NCBI GenBank assembly: GCA_003598025.1
Contig: QZKH01000003.1
Location: forward strand, 170,048 to 234,047
Length of the DNA: 64,000 nucleotides
Direction of reading: 5' to 3'
From: Candidatus Omnitrophota bacterium
Lineage (GTDB): Bacteria; Omnitrophota; Gorgyraeia; Gygaellales; Profunditerraquicolaceae
The position numbers and the translations under genes are program-made. Position 1 is the stretch's first letter; each line of letters begins with the position of its first letter. Below the pieces are notes generated by a model, which saw only the letters and a list, made by a program, of their open reading frames with translations, made no database searches and was not told the DNA's origin. This document shows positions 1 to 10,654 of the stretch, piece by piece.

Positions 1-1087
1 TTATCCCTTTAGTAATATCTGCGGCATGTGCTGCTATTCTTGAAGCGATGACCCCTTCTCTTACATCCTCTGCGTCAGGATGCCTTAAATGTTCCGCAGG
101 TGTGACATAACACAGGAAATCTGCGCCAAAGCTGGCAGCCATAGCCCCTCCAATAGCTGAAGTAATGTGATCATAGCCGGCAGCAACATCCGTAACCAAC
201 GGACCAAGCACATAAAAAGGCGCATTATCGCATAATTTCTTTTGAAGTAAGATGTTTTTTTGTATCTGATCAATAGGCACATGTCCTGGCCCTTCAATCA
301 TCACCTGCACACCTTTATTTCTTGCCCTTACTGCTAATTGCCCTAAAATCTTTAGTTCTGCCAGCTGTGGTTTATCCGTTGCGTCGAATATTGAGCCTGG
401 CCGTAATCCGTCTCCCAGGCTCAATGTTACGTCGTATTCACGGGCTATATCCAGGACTTCGTCAAAATATTCATAAAATGGATTCTCTTTACCATGCTTT
501 TTTATCCAGCTTGCAAGGATGGCCCCGCCGCGGGATACGATACTCATCAGGCGAAGGTTATCTTTCAATGAACTTAAGCTTTTACGGTTTACGCCTGCAT
601 GTATGGTAAAAAAATCAACCCCCTCTTTTGCCTGCTCTGTAAGAGCGCTTAAGACGTCCTTATGGTTAAATTCCAGCAAGCCGCCGTTATATTTTTTTGC
701 GTTTACTGATATTTGATAGACAGGGACTGTTCCCACGGGTATAGGGCTTCTTTTAATGACCTCTTTTCTTATCGCCCGCAGGTCTCCTCCGACGCTTAAA
801 TCCATTATAGCGTCAGCGCCGTATTTAACGGCAATATCAAGTTTATGCAGTTCTTCTTTGATGTCAGGGGAATCGGTTGACGTGCCTATATTTGCGTTTA
901 TTTTTGTTTTTAATCCGCTGCCGATCGCACAGGGTTTTTCTATGGAATGATTTTTATTAAGAGGAATTACTGCATGCCCTTTTTTTATTTTTTCTGCGAG
1001 GAATGAGTTTGTTACGCCTTCAAAACGCGCGACTTTTTCAAGCGTAACAGACTTAATATTTTTTCTTGCGCATTCTAATAAAGTCAT
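1..1087 (-). CDS. thiC: Phosphomethylpyrimidine synthase ThiC (3' end runs off the window; absent from ORF track)
   Basis: Manual translation from ATG at 1087: [68 protein letters not shown]; adjacent to thiE. Confidence 0.93.
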   Translation of the reverse strand, partial: MTLLECARKNIKSVTLEKVARFEGVTNSFLAEKIKKGHAVIPLNKNHSIEKPCAIGSGLKTKINANIGTSTDSPDIKEELHKLDIAVKYGADAIMDLSVGGDLRAIRKEVIKRSPIPVGTVPVYQISVNAKKYNGGLLEFNHKDVLSALTEQAKEGVDFFTIHAGVNRKSLSSLKDNLRLMSIVSRGGAILASWIKKHGKENPFYEYFDEVLDIAREYDVTLSLGDGLRPGSIFDATDKPQLAELKILGQLAVRARNKGVQVMIEGPGHVPIDQIQKNILLQKKLCDNAPFYVLGPLVTDVAAGYDHITSAIGGAMAASFGADFLCYVTPAEHLRHPDAEDVREGVIASRIAAHAADITKGI

Positions 1088-1092
1088 ATCCT

Positions 1093-1734
1093 TTAAGGCC
1101 TTTTTAAATTTTTGCCAAGTATATCTTTTAATTTTTTACCGTGATTCGCAGCTCTTACTACTGCTATACGTTTAGCTCCGTTATCAATTATTTGTCTGAT
1201 AGTATTTATGTTTATCCCCCCTATTGCAAAATAAGGAATTTGTACTAGTTTGTTGATTTCCCTTAGGGTCTTTAAGCCGATAGGCAAGGTCTTTGGTTTT
1301 GTCGGAGTAGCAAAAATCGGGCCTATCCCAATATAGTCTGCTCCTTTATTCTGCGCGCTTACTGCCTGTTTTGGGCTATGGCAGGAAATCCCGACAAGTT
1401 TCTGTTTACCTAGTATTTTCCTGGCAGCTTCTATCGGCATATCGTCTTGCCCGAGGTGCACGCCGTCACAATCAGCGATTTTAGCAATATCAATAAAATC
1501 GTTAATAATAAAAAGCTTTTTCCTGGATTTAGCAAGTTTTGAAATGCTGTTCGCATATTCCAGGACTTGCTTTTTATTTGATATTTTATCACGCAGCTGT
1601 ATTATATCGGCACCCTGCGCAATCGCGTTACCGGCTGCTCCAATTACAGAATTATTCCTGCATGTTTCTTTATCAATGACCGCATAAAGCAATGAGCTTT
1701 TTAGCAGTCTTCTTCTCGAAAGAATAGATGGCAT
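1093..1734 (-). CDS. thiE: Thiamine-phosphate synthase
   Basis: [36 protein letters not shown] motifs. Confidence 0.95.
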   Translation of the reverse strand: MPSILSRRRLLKSSLLYAVIDKETCRNNSVIGAAGNAIAQGADIIQLRDKISNKKQVLEYANSISKLAKSRKKLFIINDFIDIAKIADCDGVHLGQDDMPIEAARKILGKQKLVGISCHSPKQAVSAQNKGADYIGIGPIFATPTKPKTLPIGLKTLREINKLVQIPYFAIGGININTIRQIIDNGAKRIAVVRAANHGKKLKDILGKNLKRP

Positions 1735-2113
1735 ATCTGATTTTTTTGAATTTAAGCGAAGTGCCTTTATCCGTAATTTTAGAAAATTCTTCTATAACCC
1801 TCGTAGATTCTTTAGCCCGTTGGATATTGGCAAAAAATACATCGGTTATATCTTTTCTTCTTAATTCGCTGCCGGTTGTTTTCTTGCCTATATCCTCTTC
1901 TATATTTCGATAACGGATCAGACGTTTATCTTTATTAATAAATGTTAACGCAGAGTCAATAGAATGCCGGATACGTTTTATCTCTGAAGTAAGAGAGCCG
2001 TCTTCTAAGATAAACCTGGCTACTTCTTCGCAGACCCTCAGGCCTTCTTTTAAGCGGTTTAAATTTGCGTCTATTATCCTTTCAATCGGTAATTTACCGG
2101 CAGCTTTTAGCAA
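1673..2113 (-). CDS. ThiD2-family protein (stand-alone version of the N-terminal domain of cyanobacterial-type ThiE)
   Basis: RIIDANLNRLKEGLRVCEEVARF and ANIQRAKESTRVIEEFSK repeated motifs; overlaps thiE. Confidence 0.85.
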   Translation of the reverse strand: MLKAAGKLPIERIIDANLNRLKEGLRVCEEVARFILEDGSLTSEIKRIRHSIDSALTFINKDKRLIRYRNIEEDIGKKTTGSELRRKDITDVFFANIQRAKESTRVIEEFSKITDKGTSLKFKKIRYAIYSFEKKTAKKLIALCGH

Positions 2114-2600
2114 TTTTATTTATTATTTGGGATGTTGAACGGCCTGGAAGAAGTTTGATTGTTCTTACCCGGCCACCATAACTTTTAATAAAATCAGCGC
2201 CTACGATATTCTTTGTGCTCCAGTCAGCCCCTTTAACGAGAAAATCGGGCTTTAAGGCTTTTATCAGGTTAGCTGGTGTTTTTTCGCTGAATGTAACCAC
2301 AAAATCTACGCTTTCTAGACCTGAAATTACCCCTACTCTGTCCTTTTGATTGTTTACCGGCCTGTCCGGGCCTTTTATTTTTTTTACAGAGCTATCGGTG
2401 TTAATGCCAACTACCAGGATATCCCCGAGTTTTTTGGCTTCCTGCAGGTATTTGACGTGCCCATAATGGATGATATCAAAACAGCCATTTGTGAATACGA
2501 TAGTCTGCCCGCAGGATTTGATTTTCCTTAATATAGATTTTAACTCTGAAACACTTTTTATTTTATCTTCCAGTGTGCGCATCAGCTTTCCGTGCGGCAT
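2094..2600 (-). CDS. rfaE2: D-glycero-beta-D-manno-heptose 1-phosphate adenylyltransferase (HldE domain II)
   Basis: VFTNGCFDIIHYGH, KGPDRP, VKGADW motifs; next to gmhA. Confidence 0.92.
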   Translation of the reverse strand: MPHGKLMRTLEDKIKSVSELKSILRKIKSCGQTIVFTNGCFDIIHYGHVKYLQEAKKLGDILVVGINTDSSVKKIKGPDRPVNNQKDRVGVISGLESVDFVVTFSEKTPANLIKALKPDFLVKGADWSTKNIVGADFIKSYGGRVRTIKLLPGRSTSQIINKIAKSCR

Positions 2601-3160
2601 AATGTATGCTCAACAAGTTCGCATATTACATGGCCTATGGTTATATGTGATTCTTGTATTCTGGCAGTCACTGATGAAGGCACGATAAGCGAAACATCAG
2701 CAATCTTTGAGAGCTCTCCGCCATCGCATCCGGTAAGGGCAACGGTTTTAATCCCCATCTTCTTAGCTTGTTTTATGCCCAGGACGACATTTTTTGCCTT
2801 CCCGCTGGTTGATATGCCGATTGCTATATCATCTTTTTTACCCAAGGCCTCAATCTGTTTTGCAAATATGATGTCATAACCGTAATCATTTGCCAATGAA
2901 GTCATAACTGAAGTATTTGTTGTTAAGGCTATGGCTGAGAGCGCGGTCCGGTCTTTTTTAAACCTGCCGATGAATTCAGCAGCGATATGCTGGCTGTCGG
3001 CAGCTGAACCGCCGTTGCCGAAAATTATTACCTTGCCCCCTTTTTTCAGGGAATCAATGACGGTATCGGCAATATCTTTTATCAGGCCTATACTCGTGTG
3101 AAGCAGCTGCTCTTTTACCTGAATGCTTTCCAGAATCACATCTTTTATTTTGTCTCTCAT
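2582..3160 (-). CDS. gmhA: Phosphoheptose isomerase
   Basis: GNGGSAADSQHIAAE, GISTSG, ARIQESHI motifs. Confidence 0.95.
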   Translation of the reverse strand: MRDKIKDVILESIQVKEQLLHTSIGLIKDIADTVIDSLKKGGKVIIFGNGGSAADSQHIAAEFIGRFKKDRTALSAIALTTNTSVMTSLANDYGYDIIFAKQIEALGKKDDIAIGISTSGKAKNVVLGIKQAKKMGIKTVALTGCDGGELSKIADVSLIVPSSVTARIQESHITIGHVICELVEHTLCRTES

Positions 3161-3172
3161 TTTATCCCCTTT

Positions 3173-4204
3173 TTAACCAAAAAATACTTTGGCGATTTCA
3201 TAAAATTCATCATCGACGGTTTTTAATGCGCTGACTGCTTTTTCTAAGGGAACGTCAACAATTTTGTTTCCTGCAAGCGCAACCATCTTACCGAAATCTT
3301 TTTTCATTATTAACTCAACTGCTTTAACGCCCATACGCGTGCCTAATACCCTGTCGAATGCTGTAGGCGTGCCGCCTCTTTGTATGTGGCCTAGTACGCT
3401 TACCCTGGTTTCGTAACCTGTCCGTGATTCGATCTCTTTTGCCAGGATTTCGCCGATGCCCCCGAGGCGAACATGGCCGAATGCATCAAGTTTTTCTTCT
3501 TTTAGAACCATGTCTTTTTCTTTGAATTGAGCTCCCTCGGCTACAACAACGATGCTAAAGGTTTTGCCGCGGCCATGCCTTCTTTTTATAATGTCGCAGA
3601 CTTCATCCATATCGATGGGTTTTTCAGGTATAAGTATAACATCGGCGCCCCCTGCCATTCCCGATTCGATAGCTATCCAACCCGCATGCCTGCCCATGAC
3701 TTCGACAACCATGATACGGTGATGGCTTTCAGCGGTAGTATGAAGCCTGTCAATGCATTCAGTGGCAATGTTAAGCGCGGTATCGAATCCAAAAGTATAA
3801 TCTGTGCAGGAAAGGTCGTTGTCTATTGTTTTGGGCACGCCTACTATATTCTTTATCCCATTCTTAATCAGCTTGGATGCTGCCCCCAGCGTATCCTCTC
3901 CGCCAACGGCTACTAAAGCATACAAACCCAGTTTCTTAAAATTATCCTGGACCTTTTTTAAATCTTCAGGTTTCTTAAAAGGGTTTGTGCGGCTTGTGCC
4001 TAAGATCGTGCCGCCTTTTGGAAGGATTCCTGAGACAGCTGTCAGGTCCAGTTTCATAGTATCATTTTCAACAAGCCCCTTCCAGCCGTTTTTTATGCCG
4101 ATGATTTCGTATCCTTCAATCAATGATTTCCTGACTACAGCCCTTATGACAGGGTTTAACCCCGGGCAATCTCCTCCGCCTGTAAGTATACCGATTCTCT
4201 CCAT
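3173..4204 (-). CDS. pfkA: 6-phosphofructokinase
   Basis: TGGGDCPGLN, PKTIDND, EVMGRHAGW, LGHIQRGG motifs. Confidence 0.95.
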   Translation of the reverse strand: MERIGILTGGGDCPGLNPVIRAVVRKSLIEGYEIIGIKNGWKGLVENDTMKLDLTAVSGILPKGGTILGTSRTNPFKKPEDLKKVQDNFKKLGLYALVAVGGEDTLGAASKLIKNGIKNIVGVPKTIDNDLSCTDYTFGFDTALNIATECIDRLHTTAESHHRIMVVEVMGRHAGWIAIESGMAGGADVILIPEKPIDMDEVCDIIKRRHGRGKTFSIVVVAEGAQFKEKDMVLKEEKLDAFGHVRLGGIGEILAKEIESRTGYETRVSVLGHIQRGGTPTAFDRVLGTRMGVKAVELIMKKDFGKMVALAGNKIVDVPLEKAVSALKTVDDEFYEIAKVFFG

Positions 4205-4243
4205 GAATTTCCTCCCTTGATTTTTTAAAGTTGTGCCTATTAT

Positions 4244-4846
4244 CTATCTGCTGTTGTAGGTGCTGAAGGGGACAATAGTAGGCTCTTTATCAGCGTCCCG
4301 CCTTCTTTTTTCTTCAACTGATATTATTTTTGCGATATGGATTTTGGTAACGATCTCTTCCTCTATTCCCAGTACTTCCTGCAGCTTAGCTTTAGTCATA
4401 TCTTGAAGCCTCTGGGTAAGATCAGGTATGTTTGCTTCTGATTTCAATATTACACGCAGGTCAACTATAAGGCTTCCTTTTTTAGTGGCTATTACATCCG
4501 GCCTCAGCTCTTTGATCTCAGGCAAGAAAACAGAAAGCCTTCTGATGAGGTCTTCGACTGCTGAAAGCGAAATAGTTACCTGGCCGGACTGGGTTGTAAA
4601 AGCTATAGTTTTTTCCCTCTGAAGCCTGCCGATTATAAGCTGAGCGAAAGAAAGGCAGACCAGTATCAGGAGAAGGCCTGAAAGGCCGAATATTACCCTT
4701 GAATCCATGTTCAACGCTACTAATGATAAGAAATCAATTATCCTGTCTAGATGCAGGATATTCAGGGAAAAGGCGATCATTGTGATTCCTATGATGGTAA
4801 GGACAACAGAATAAAATAATATTCCTAGAATTGTGAATATTCTCAT
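4244..4846 (-). CDS. Alkaline shock response membrane anchor AmaP-like protein
   Basis: Two N-terminal TM segments followed by an Asp23-like domain (GQVTISLSAVED); adjacent to an Asp23 gene. Confidence 0.75.
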   Translation of the reverse strand: MRIFTILGILFYSVVLTIIGITMIAFSLNILHLDRIIDFLSLVALNMDSRVIFGLSGLLLILVCLSFAQLIIGRLQREKTIAFTTQSGQVTISLSAVEDLIRRLSVFLPEIKELRPDVIATKKGSLIVDLRVILKSEANIPDLTQRLQDMTKAKLQEVLGIEEEIVTKIHIAKIISVEEKRRRDADKEPTIVPFSTYNSR

Positions 4847-4912
4847 ATTGCCTCCGCTTTTTATAAATTTTTTATAATTCCCAGGAAGCAGCCTGTTAAA
4901 ACAGGCTAAACT

Positions 4913-5266
4913 TCACTTTTCAATCCCCTGAACACTGATATTGATATCTTTGATGTCAAGGCTGGTCATTTTTTCCAATGCTGTTCTTACGTTCTCTTGG
5001 ACTTTATCTGCCACTTCAGGGATGTTGTAACCGTATTTTATCACCAGGGGTAAAGTTATGCGGGCTTCTTCGTTCTTATCAAATTCAACCTTGATAGCGA
5101 AATTAGCGGATTTCCCGATTATGCCCAGGATACCGCTGGCAAGGTTGCCTCCGACTCTTTTTACGCCTTCTATCTCGATGGCTGCGATGGCTGCGATGGA
5201 AGCCACGACATTTCTATGTATTTTAACGATACCTGAATCTGATTGCTTACTGTCTCTGTTCATCAT
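4913..5266 (-). CDS. Asp23/Gls24 family envelope stress protein
   Basis: [38 protein letters not shown]; usual accC-asp23 context. Confidence 0.9.
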   Translation of the reverse strand: MMNRDSKQSDSGIVKIHRNVVASIAAIAAIEIEGVKRVGGNLASGILGIIGKSANFAIKVEFDKNEEARITLPLVIKYGYNIPEVADKVQENVRTALEKMTSLDIKDINISVQGIEK

Positions 5267-6621
5267 TCCTCCGAGGCCTCATCTTTTAACAGGTCCTGTA
5301 CAAAATGCGTAGAAGTCTCACCTTTGACAAAAAGCGGATTATCCAGAAGCTGTCTATGGAAAGGAATAGTAGTCTTAATTGGTGAAACCGTAAATTCACT
5401 TAAGGCCCTTTGCATTGTTTTAATCGCTTCCTGCCTGTTAATGCCGAAAGTAATAACTTTTGCGACCAAAGAGTCATAATAAGGAGAGATTTTATAACCA
5501 GGATAAATATGCGTATCTACCCTTACACCGGGCCCGCCGGGCAGAATAAGTGTCTCGATTTTACCGGGACAGGGCAGGAAATTATTTTCATAGTCTTCGG
5601 CATTTATCCTACATTCAATGGCAGCCCCTTTTACCTGGACGTCTTCCTGCTGGATATTGAGCTTTTCACCGGATGCGATCTTTATCTGCTGTTTTATAAG
5701 ATCAATACCCGTTACCAGCTCTGTTACCGGATGCTCGACTTGAATGCGTGTATTCATTTCCATGAAGTAAAAATTCTGGTTGCTGTCTACGAGAAATTCT
5801 ATCGTCCCTGCGCTGGAGTAATTAGCGCTTTTAGCGCCTTTAACCGCTAATTCACCAAGCCTCTTGCGTAATTTATTATTTATGGCCGGGGATGGCGACT
5901 CTTCCAGGAGTTTTTGGTGCCTTCTTTGTATGCTGCAGTCCCTTTCTCCGAGGTGGATTACCCTGCCGTATTTATCCGCTAATATCTGTATCTCCACATG
6001 GCGCGGGTTTTTTATGTATTTTTCGATGTAAACCGCCGGATTGCCGAAATTTGCCTCAGCTTCCTGCTGGGCAACCATAAAACTGCTGATAAGCTTAATA
6101 TCATTATGGCATATACGCATGCCTTTGCCGCCGCCGCCGGCGGAAGCTTTTATGATGACAGGGTAGCCTATTCTTTTTGCAATTTTTAGGGCTTCTTCTT
6201 TTGTTTTTACTACGGAGGTGCTTCCGGGCACTATCGGGACATTTGCTTTTTCCATTAACAGCCGGGCATTCATTTTATCTCCCATCATACGTATGCTTTC
6301 CGGAGATGGCCCGATGAAAGTTATCTGGCATGATTCGCAGATCTCTGCAAAATGTGCATTCTCAGCTAAAAACCCATATCCTGGGTGGATAGCTTCTACA
6401 TCCGTGATTTCAGCTGCGCTTATTATGGCGGGAATATTAAGATAGCTGTTAATACTTTGAGCTTGCCCTATACATATGGCTTCGTCAGCAAAACGAACGT
6501 GCAGGGATTCCCGGTCAGCTTCTGAATATACAGCTACAGTGCGTATGCCCAGTTCTTTAGCTGCCCTTATAATCCTTAAGGCTATTTCGCCGCGATTGGC
6601 TATTAATATTTTTGAAAACAT
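5263..6621 (-). CDS. accC: Acetyl-CoA carboxylase biotin carboxylase
   Basis: [53 protein letters not shown]. Confidence 0.97.
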   Translation of the reverse strand: MFSKILIANRGEIALRIIRAAKELGIRTVAVYSEADRESLHVRFADEAICIGQAQSINSYLNIPAIISAAEITDVEAIHPGYGFLAENAHFAEICESCQITFIGPSPESIRMMGDKMNARLLMEKANVPIVPGSTSVVKTKEEALKIAKRIGYPVIIKASAGGGGKGMRICHNDIKLISSFMVAQQEAEANFGNPAVYIEKYIKNPRHVEIQILADKYGRVIHLGERDCSIQRRHQKLLEESPSPAINNKLRKRLGELAVKGAKSANYSSAGTIEFLVDSNQNFYFMEMNTRIQVEHPVTELVTGIDLIKQQIKIASGEKLNIQQEDVQVKGAAIECRINAEDYENNFLPCPGKIETLILPGGPGVRVDTHIYPGYKISPYYDSLVAKVITFGINRQEAIKTMQRALSEFTVSPIKTTIPFHRQLLDNPLFVKGETSTHFVQDLLKDEASEE

Positions 6622-6658
6622 AGTTCTTAATGCTGTATGGGTACTTCTAACTTTTATA

Positions 6659-7111
6659 TTATACCGCTTCTATCAAAAACATCGGCTGTCCAAACTCAAC
6701 CGGCTCAGCATTATCTGCAAGTATTTCTATGATTTTTCCTTTTATCTCGGATTTTATTTCATTCATAAGTTTCATAGCTTCAATTATACAAATAACCTGC
6801 CCCGGCTCTATGACCTGTCCGACCTCAACATAAGGAGGGGCTTCCGGTGATGGTGCCCTGTAGAATGTGCCAACCATGGGTGCTTTTATTTCGATGGAGT
6901 TAGGGTTTTCCTTCTCCGTTATTTCCGAAACAGCCTTTGCGGCAGGCTGTACAATCCTTTCTTTCTCAATCAGTATCTGGGATTGCATATTTTCTCCTGC
7001 GGGAGAACTCTTTTTGAGCCTTATGCGCATCCCGTCTTTTTCAATCTCCATCTCCATCAGGGAATTCTCATTCATCAGGTTAATCATTTCTTTAATCTCT
7101 TTTATATTCAT
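6659..7111 (-). CDS. accB: Biotin carboxyl carrier protein
   Basis: [11 protein letters not shown] and EAMKLMNEI biotinylation motif. Confidence 0.96.
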   Translation of the reverse strand: MNIKEIKEMINLMNENSLMEMEIEKDGMRIRLKKSSPAGENMQSQILIEKERIVQPAAKAVSEITEKENPNSIEIKAPMVGTFYRAPSPEAPPYVEVGQVIEPGQVICIIEAMKLMNEIKSEIKGKIIEILADNAEPVEFGQPMFLIEAV

Positions 7112-7141
7112 CAGTTACCCCTTTTTTATGCTTTTCGAATC

Positions 7142-7702
7142 CTATGCCCTCTCTATGTATTCTCCGGTCCGGGTATCTACCCTGATTACATCCCCGGGAT
7201 TAACAAAGAGAGGTACTTGTATAGTTGCTCCAGTCTCAATCGTAGCAGGTTTTGTCCCGCTTTTGGCTGTATCTCCTTTGATGCCCGGTTCAGTGTGAGT
7301 CACTAAGAAATTAATAAAAAAAGGAAGAATTATATTGAGAACCTCTCCTTCATAAAAAGAGGCGTTTAATTCGCTGTTTTCTTTAAGGAATTTCTTTTTT
7401 TGCCCGACGACTTCCTCAGATATGGCTATGTCTTCAAAATTTTCCTGGTCCATAAAATGGTAAGTATTGCCTGAAGAATATAGATACTGCAGTTTTCTTT
7501 CTTCAATAAAGGCGGGGTCAATTTTTTCGTCTCCCCTGAATGTCCTCTCCTGGATCAGGTCATTTTTCAAGTTTTTTATTTTTACGCGGACAAAGGCCGC
7601 TCCCTTGCCTGGTTTTACGTGTTGGGCGTCTGTGACCAGGTAAGGTAATCCGTCTACCAGTATAGTTAAGCCTGATTTTATGTCATTTATCGATAGAGCC
7701 AC
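7142..7702 (-). CDS. efp: Elongation factor P
   Basis: HVKPGKGAAFVR, PGIKGDTA, VDTRTGEYIER. Confidence 0.97.
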   Translation of the reverse strand: MALSINDIKSGLTILVDGLPYLVTDAQHVKPGKGAAFVRVKIKNLKNDLIQERTFRGDEKIDPAFIEERKLQYLYSSGNTYHFMDQENFEDIAISEEVVGQKKKFLKENSELNASFYEGEVLNIILPFFINFLVTHTEPGIKGDTAKSGTKPATIETGATIQVPLFVNPGDVIRVDTRTGEYIERA

Positions 7703-8756
7703 TTAAAACCTCACATCCTTTCTTGGTAACCACAACCATGTCTTCTATTCTTATTCCGAATTTTCCGGGAAGGTATATGCCGGGTTCAATAGTAAATACC
7801 ATGCCTGGCTGCAGGCGAATTTTGTTATTGGCAGTGATGTTAGGCGCTTCGTGGACCTCTAGCCCCACTCCGTGTCCTAAGCTGTGCCCAAAAAAACCGC
7901 CATACCCATTATTGGCTATATGCTGGCGGGCTGCCTGATCTATTTCCTTTATACTGATTCCTGGCCTGACCTTCTTGATCGCTAATTCCTGAGCCTCAAG
8001 TACTATTTTATAAACCTTTCTTACAAGAGGAGTTATTTTACCCAAAAAGAAAACCCTTGTCAAGTCGCAATTATAACCTTTATATCTTGACCCTAAATCT
8101 ATCAGAAGAGGTTGATTTGCCTTGATTTTTGAACTTGAAGTAATGTGGTGCGGGTAGCTGGCGTTGCTTCCAGAAGCAACGATTATATTGAAACTCGAGC
8201 TTTCTGCGCCATGAAAACGTATAAACTGCTCTATTATACCGGATATTTCTAGCTCGGTTTTTCCGGCTTTAAGTTCCTTTGTTATGGATTTTAAGGCGTT
8301 GCCGGTTATAGCTAAGGCATCCCTTATAAGGCTAATCTCTGTCTCAGTTTTTATTATTCTTTCATTTTCTATTAACCCGGCAACTGCTTTAAGCCGGATC
8401 TCATTTTGGAATTCATTAACAAGCGATTCGTATTGTCCGTACGTTGTATAATTTTTCTCAAAACCGACTGACTTTATTTGAAGCTGGTTACAGTATTCTT
8501 TTATGCCGGGAAACAGCCTGCCTTTTATATCTATGATTTTTGCTATTCCTTTTAATGCAGCTGCCGCCTCCTGCGTGTATCTGGAATCGGTGAAATAGCA
8601 ATTTGCCTTAGCAGATGCCAGAAGCATAGAGTCCCTGCTGGGATAGCCTGTAAGGTATTCAATATTGCAGTTCGATGTCACCAAAAGAGCGCCGACTTTC
8701 TCAAATCGCAGTTTTTTGTATATATTATTTAATCTTTTGCTGCAGCTTGTTTTCAT
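7683..8756 (-). CDS. Xaa-Pro aminopeptidase (M24 family)
   Basis: [38 protein letters not shown]; usual aroQ-pepP-efp context. Confidence 0.92.
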   Translation of the reverse strand: MKTSCSKRLNNIYKKLRFEKVGALLVTSNCNIEYLTGYPSRDSMLLASAKANCYFTDSRYTQEAAAALKGIAKIIDIKGRLFPGIKEYCNQLQIKSVGFEKNYTTYGQYESLVNEFQNEIRLKAVAGLIENERIIKTETEISLIRDALAITGNALKSITKELKAGKTELEISGIIEQFIRFHGAESSSFNIIVASGSNASYPHHITSSSKIKANQPLLIDLGSRYKGYNCDLTRVFFLGKITPLVRKVYKIVLEAQELAIKKVRPGISIKEIDQAARQHIANNGYGGFFGHSLGHGVGLEVHEAPNITANNKIRLQPGMVFTIEPGIYLPGKFGIRIEDMVVVTKKGCEVLSGSIDK

Positions 8757-9187
8757 TTAAAGAGATTGATTATGGCTTTCAGGCCCAGTATGTAGCTATG
8801 CATCCCAAAACCCATGATAGTGCCTTTGGCAACCGGGCTGATTAAGGATTTATGCCTGAAGTCTTCCCTCGCGTAAATATTAGAAAGGTGGACTTCAATC
8901 GCCGGCAGCCCACAGCCGGCGATAGCATCTCTTATTGCTACGCTGGTATGGGTATAGGCGGCAGGATTAATCAAAATTGCATTAAATTTTTGCTTGCTTT
9001 TTCCTATCAGGTCTACAATCTCGCCTTCGTGGTTAGATTGTTTTATTATCAAACCGATTTTATTTTTATCCGCTATTTTCTTAAGCTCGCTGTTTATCTT
9101 AGCCAGGGTCACCCTTCCGTAAACCTCGGGTTCTCTTTTGCCAAGCAGGTTTAAATTTGGGCCATGAATAACTAGTATTTTTTTCAT
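8753..9187 (-). CDS. aroQ: Type II 3-dehydroquinate dehydratase (start corrected to ATG 9187)
   Basis: [33 protein letters not shown]. Confidence 0.96.
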   Translation of the reverse strand: MKKILVIHGPNLNLLGKREPEVYGRVTLAKINSELKKIADKNKIGLIIKQSNHEGEIVDLIGKSKQKFNAILINPAAYTHTSVAIRDAIAGCGLPAIEVHLSNIYAREDFRHKSLISPVAKGTIMGFGMHSYILGLKAIINLFK

Positions 9188-9191
9188 AAGA

Positions 9192-9347
9192 TTATCCTTC
9201 TGCTTCGTCAACTAACATAACCGGTACACCGTTCTTAACAGGATATTTTTTCCCGCAACCCTTGCATACGATTTTATCGTTATTCAACGTAACATCTGAA
9301 CCGCATGCAGGGCATGCAAGCATATCCAAAAGTTCTTTATCTATCAT
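9192..9347 (-). CDS. Trm112/YcaR family small protein, 51 aa (absent from ORF track)
   Basis: Manual translation [51 protein letters not shown]. Confidence 0.88.
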   Translation of the reverse strand: MIDKELLDMLACPACGSDVTLNNDKIVCKGCGKKYPVKNGVPVMLVDEAEG

Positions 9348-9694
9348 TTATTTTCTCCCTGTGCCTGGGAAGCGTAGTTGATCTTTAGCTCATAAACAAC
9401 GTTTTCGATGAGATTAGTTTCCTCCTCATTAAGATTGCCTTTTGTCTTATCTTTTAGCATGCTAAGAGTATCAATTATAAATTTAGCCTGATTTAAGTCA
9501 ACTTCCTTCTTTGAGGTAGAAGGGTTATCTATAAGGCCCAGGGCGATAGATGCCTGTATACCTAAAGTGGTTACGAAGAATTTAAAGTCAGGTTCAGGCA
9601 GCTTAAAATTTTCTTTATTTTTCAGCTCTTCTTTCTCCTGGCTGGCTTTTTCTTTCCAGCTCTCATCTACATTCTTATTTGAATCGTCCATCAA
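9344..9694 (-). CDS. DUF1844 domain protein
   Basis: FVTTLGIQASIALG..NP..AKFIIDTLSMLKDKTKGNL..E pattern. Confidence 0.85.
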   Translation of the reverse strand: MMDDSNKNVDESWKEKASQEKEELKNKENFKLPEPDFKFFVTTLGIQASIALGLIDNPSTSKKEVDLNQAKFIIDTLSMLKDKTKGNLNEEETNLIENVVYELKINYASQAQGENK

Positions 9695-9724
9695 TAACTC
9701 CTTTCATTTGATTTGAGTTAAAGG

Positions 9725-9832
9725 TTTATACGCTGGCGGCAACAAAACCGTACCTTTCAAGGTGTGAATGTAGTTTGTCCGCTCAGTATTTCGCTCCAAA
9801 GAACCTCGGACTAAAGCCTGAGGAGCCCCATT
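9725..9832. repeat. Structured intergenic element with two imperfect hairpins (PATE/IS200-IS605-end-like)
   Basis: Hairpins cgtacctt-tc-aaggtgtg and cctcggac-taaa-gcctgagg in a GC-richer intergenic stretch; single copy in the window. Confidence 0.35.
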
Positions 9833-10654
9833 CTAATATATAACGATTCCCGCATAACCTACGACGCTTGATTCGTCACCGCTATTTTCCGCGCTGGTGG
9901 TATAAGATATAAGTTTTGTTTTTTTCGCATTTAATAGTTTTGCCGCGGAGATCATGGTTATGGCCGGCATGTACCCGCACATACTTATACCGTATTCTTT
10001 TATGTTCTTCATCAGGCCGTTTTCATCCAACTTTAATATGGAATCAATCGCAATATTGTCTTTTTTCCGGGCAGAATCTATATCTTCGTAATGAGTGAGG
10101 TCGGAACTGGCGATTATTAATGACTTTTGCTCGGCTCCGGATGATTTAATGCATCCTGCAATGGCCTCTCCTACCTTCTTGAGCTCATTAATGTCGTCGG
10201 AAGACATAGTAATCGGTATTATTTTGAAATTTTTATTAAAAAATTGCAGTATCGGAAGCTCTACTTCAAGTGAGTGTTCGAACATGTGCGCTGATGCATC
10301 ATCGGTAAGCAGATTGCAGTTCTCTAAGAGTTTGTTTGAAATAGCATCGTCAATTTCAACGTCTCCCATAGGGGTTTTCCACGACCCCTTAGCCATTATA
10401 CTGAACGGGCTACCGTAGCCTGTATGGTTAGGGCCTAACAGGAATACAGTTTCTTTTATGTGCATACTGGCAGCAGTTAATGTTGCGACTTTCCCGGAAT
10501 AAATATAGCCTGCGTGAGGCATCAGGCATCCGATAGCTTCATAAATCTGCCCGGGAGCTGCTATAAAAGAATTAAGCTGTTTCTTTATTTCATTTGCTGA
10601 ATTCGGATAGAATTGGCCGGAGACTACCGGGTTTCTAACTATTGAGCTTACCAT
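9833..10654 (-). CDS. amrB: AmmeMemoRadiSam system protein B (MEMO1 family)
   Basis: VSGQFYP, PHAGYIYSG, GPNH, EHSLEVELP, ASSDLTHY, SMCG, VVGYAG. Confidence 0.92.
   Translation of the reverse strand: MVSSIVRNPVVSGQFYPNSANEIKKQLNSFIAAPGQIYEAIGCLMPHAGYIYSGKVATLTAASMHIKETVFLLGPNHTGYGSPFSIMAKGSWKTPMGDVEIDDAISNKLLENCNLLTDDASAHMFEHSLEVELPILQFFNKNFKIIPITMSSDDINELKKVGEAIAGCIKSSGAEQKSLIIASSDLTHYEDIDSARKKDNIAIDSILKLDENGLMKNIKEYGISMCGYMPAITMISAAKLLNAKKTKLISYTTSAENSGDESSVVGYAGIVIY

Noticed and set aside
1-1087. thiC-like gene as bzaA/bzaB/bzaF (benzimidazole synthesis), given the nearby B12 locus
   Set aside because: It directly follows thiE and ThiD2 and is not under the B12 riboswitch, so ThiC is the simpler call. 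A phylogeny would settle it.
4891-4908. Hairpin AGCCTGTT-AA-AACAGGCT after asp23 as a terminator
   Set aside because: Short stem with no U-tract on the coding strand; insufficient support.
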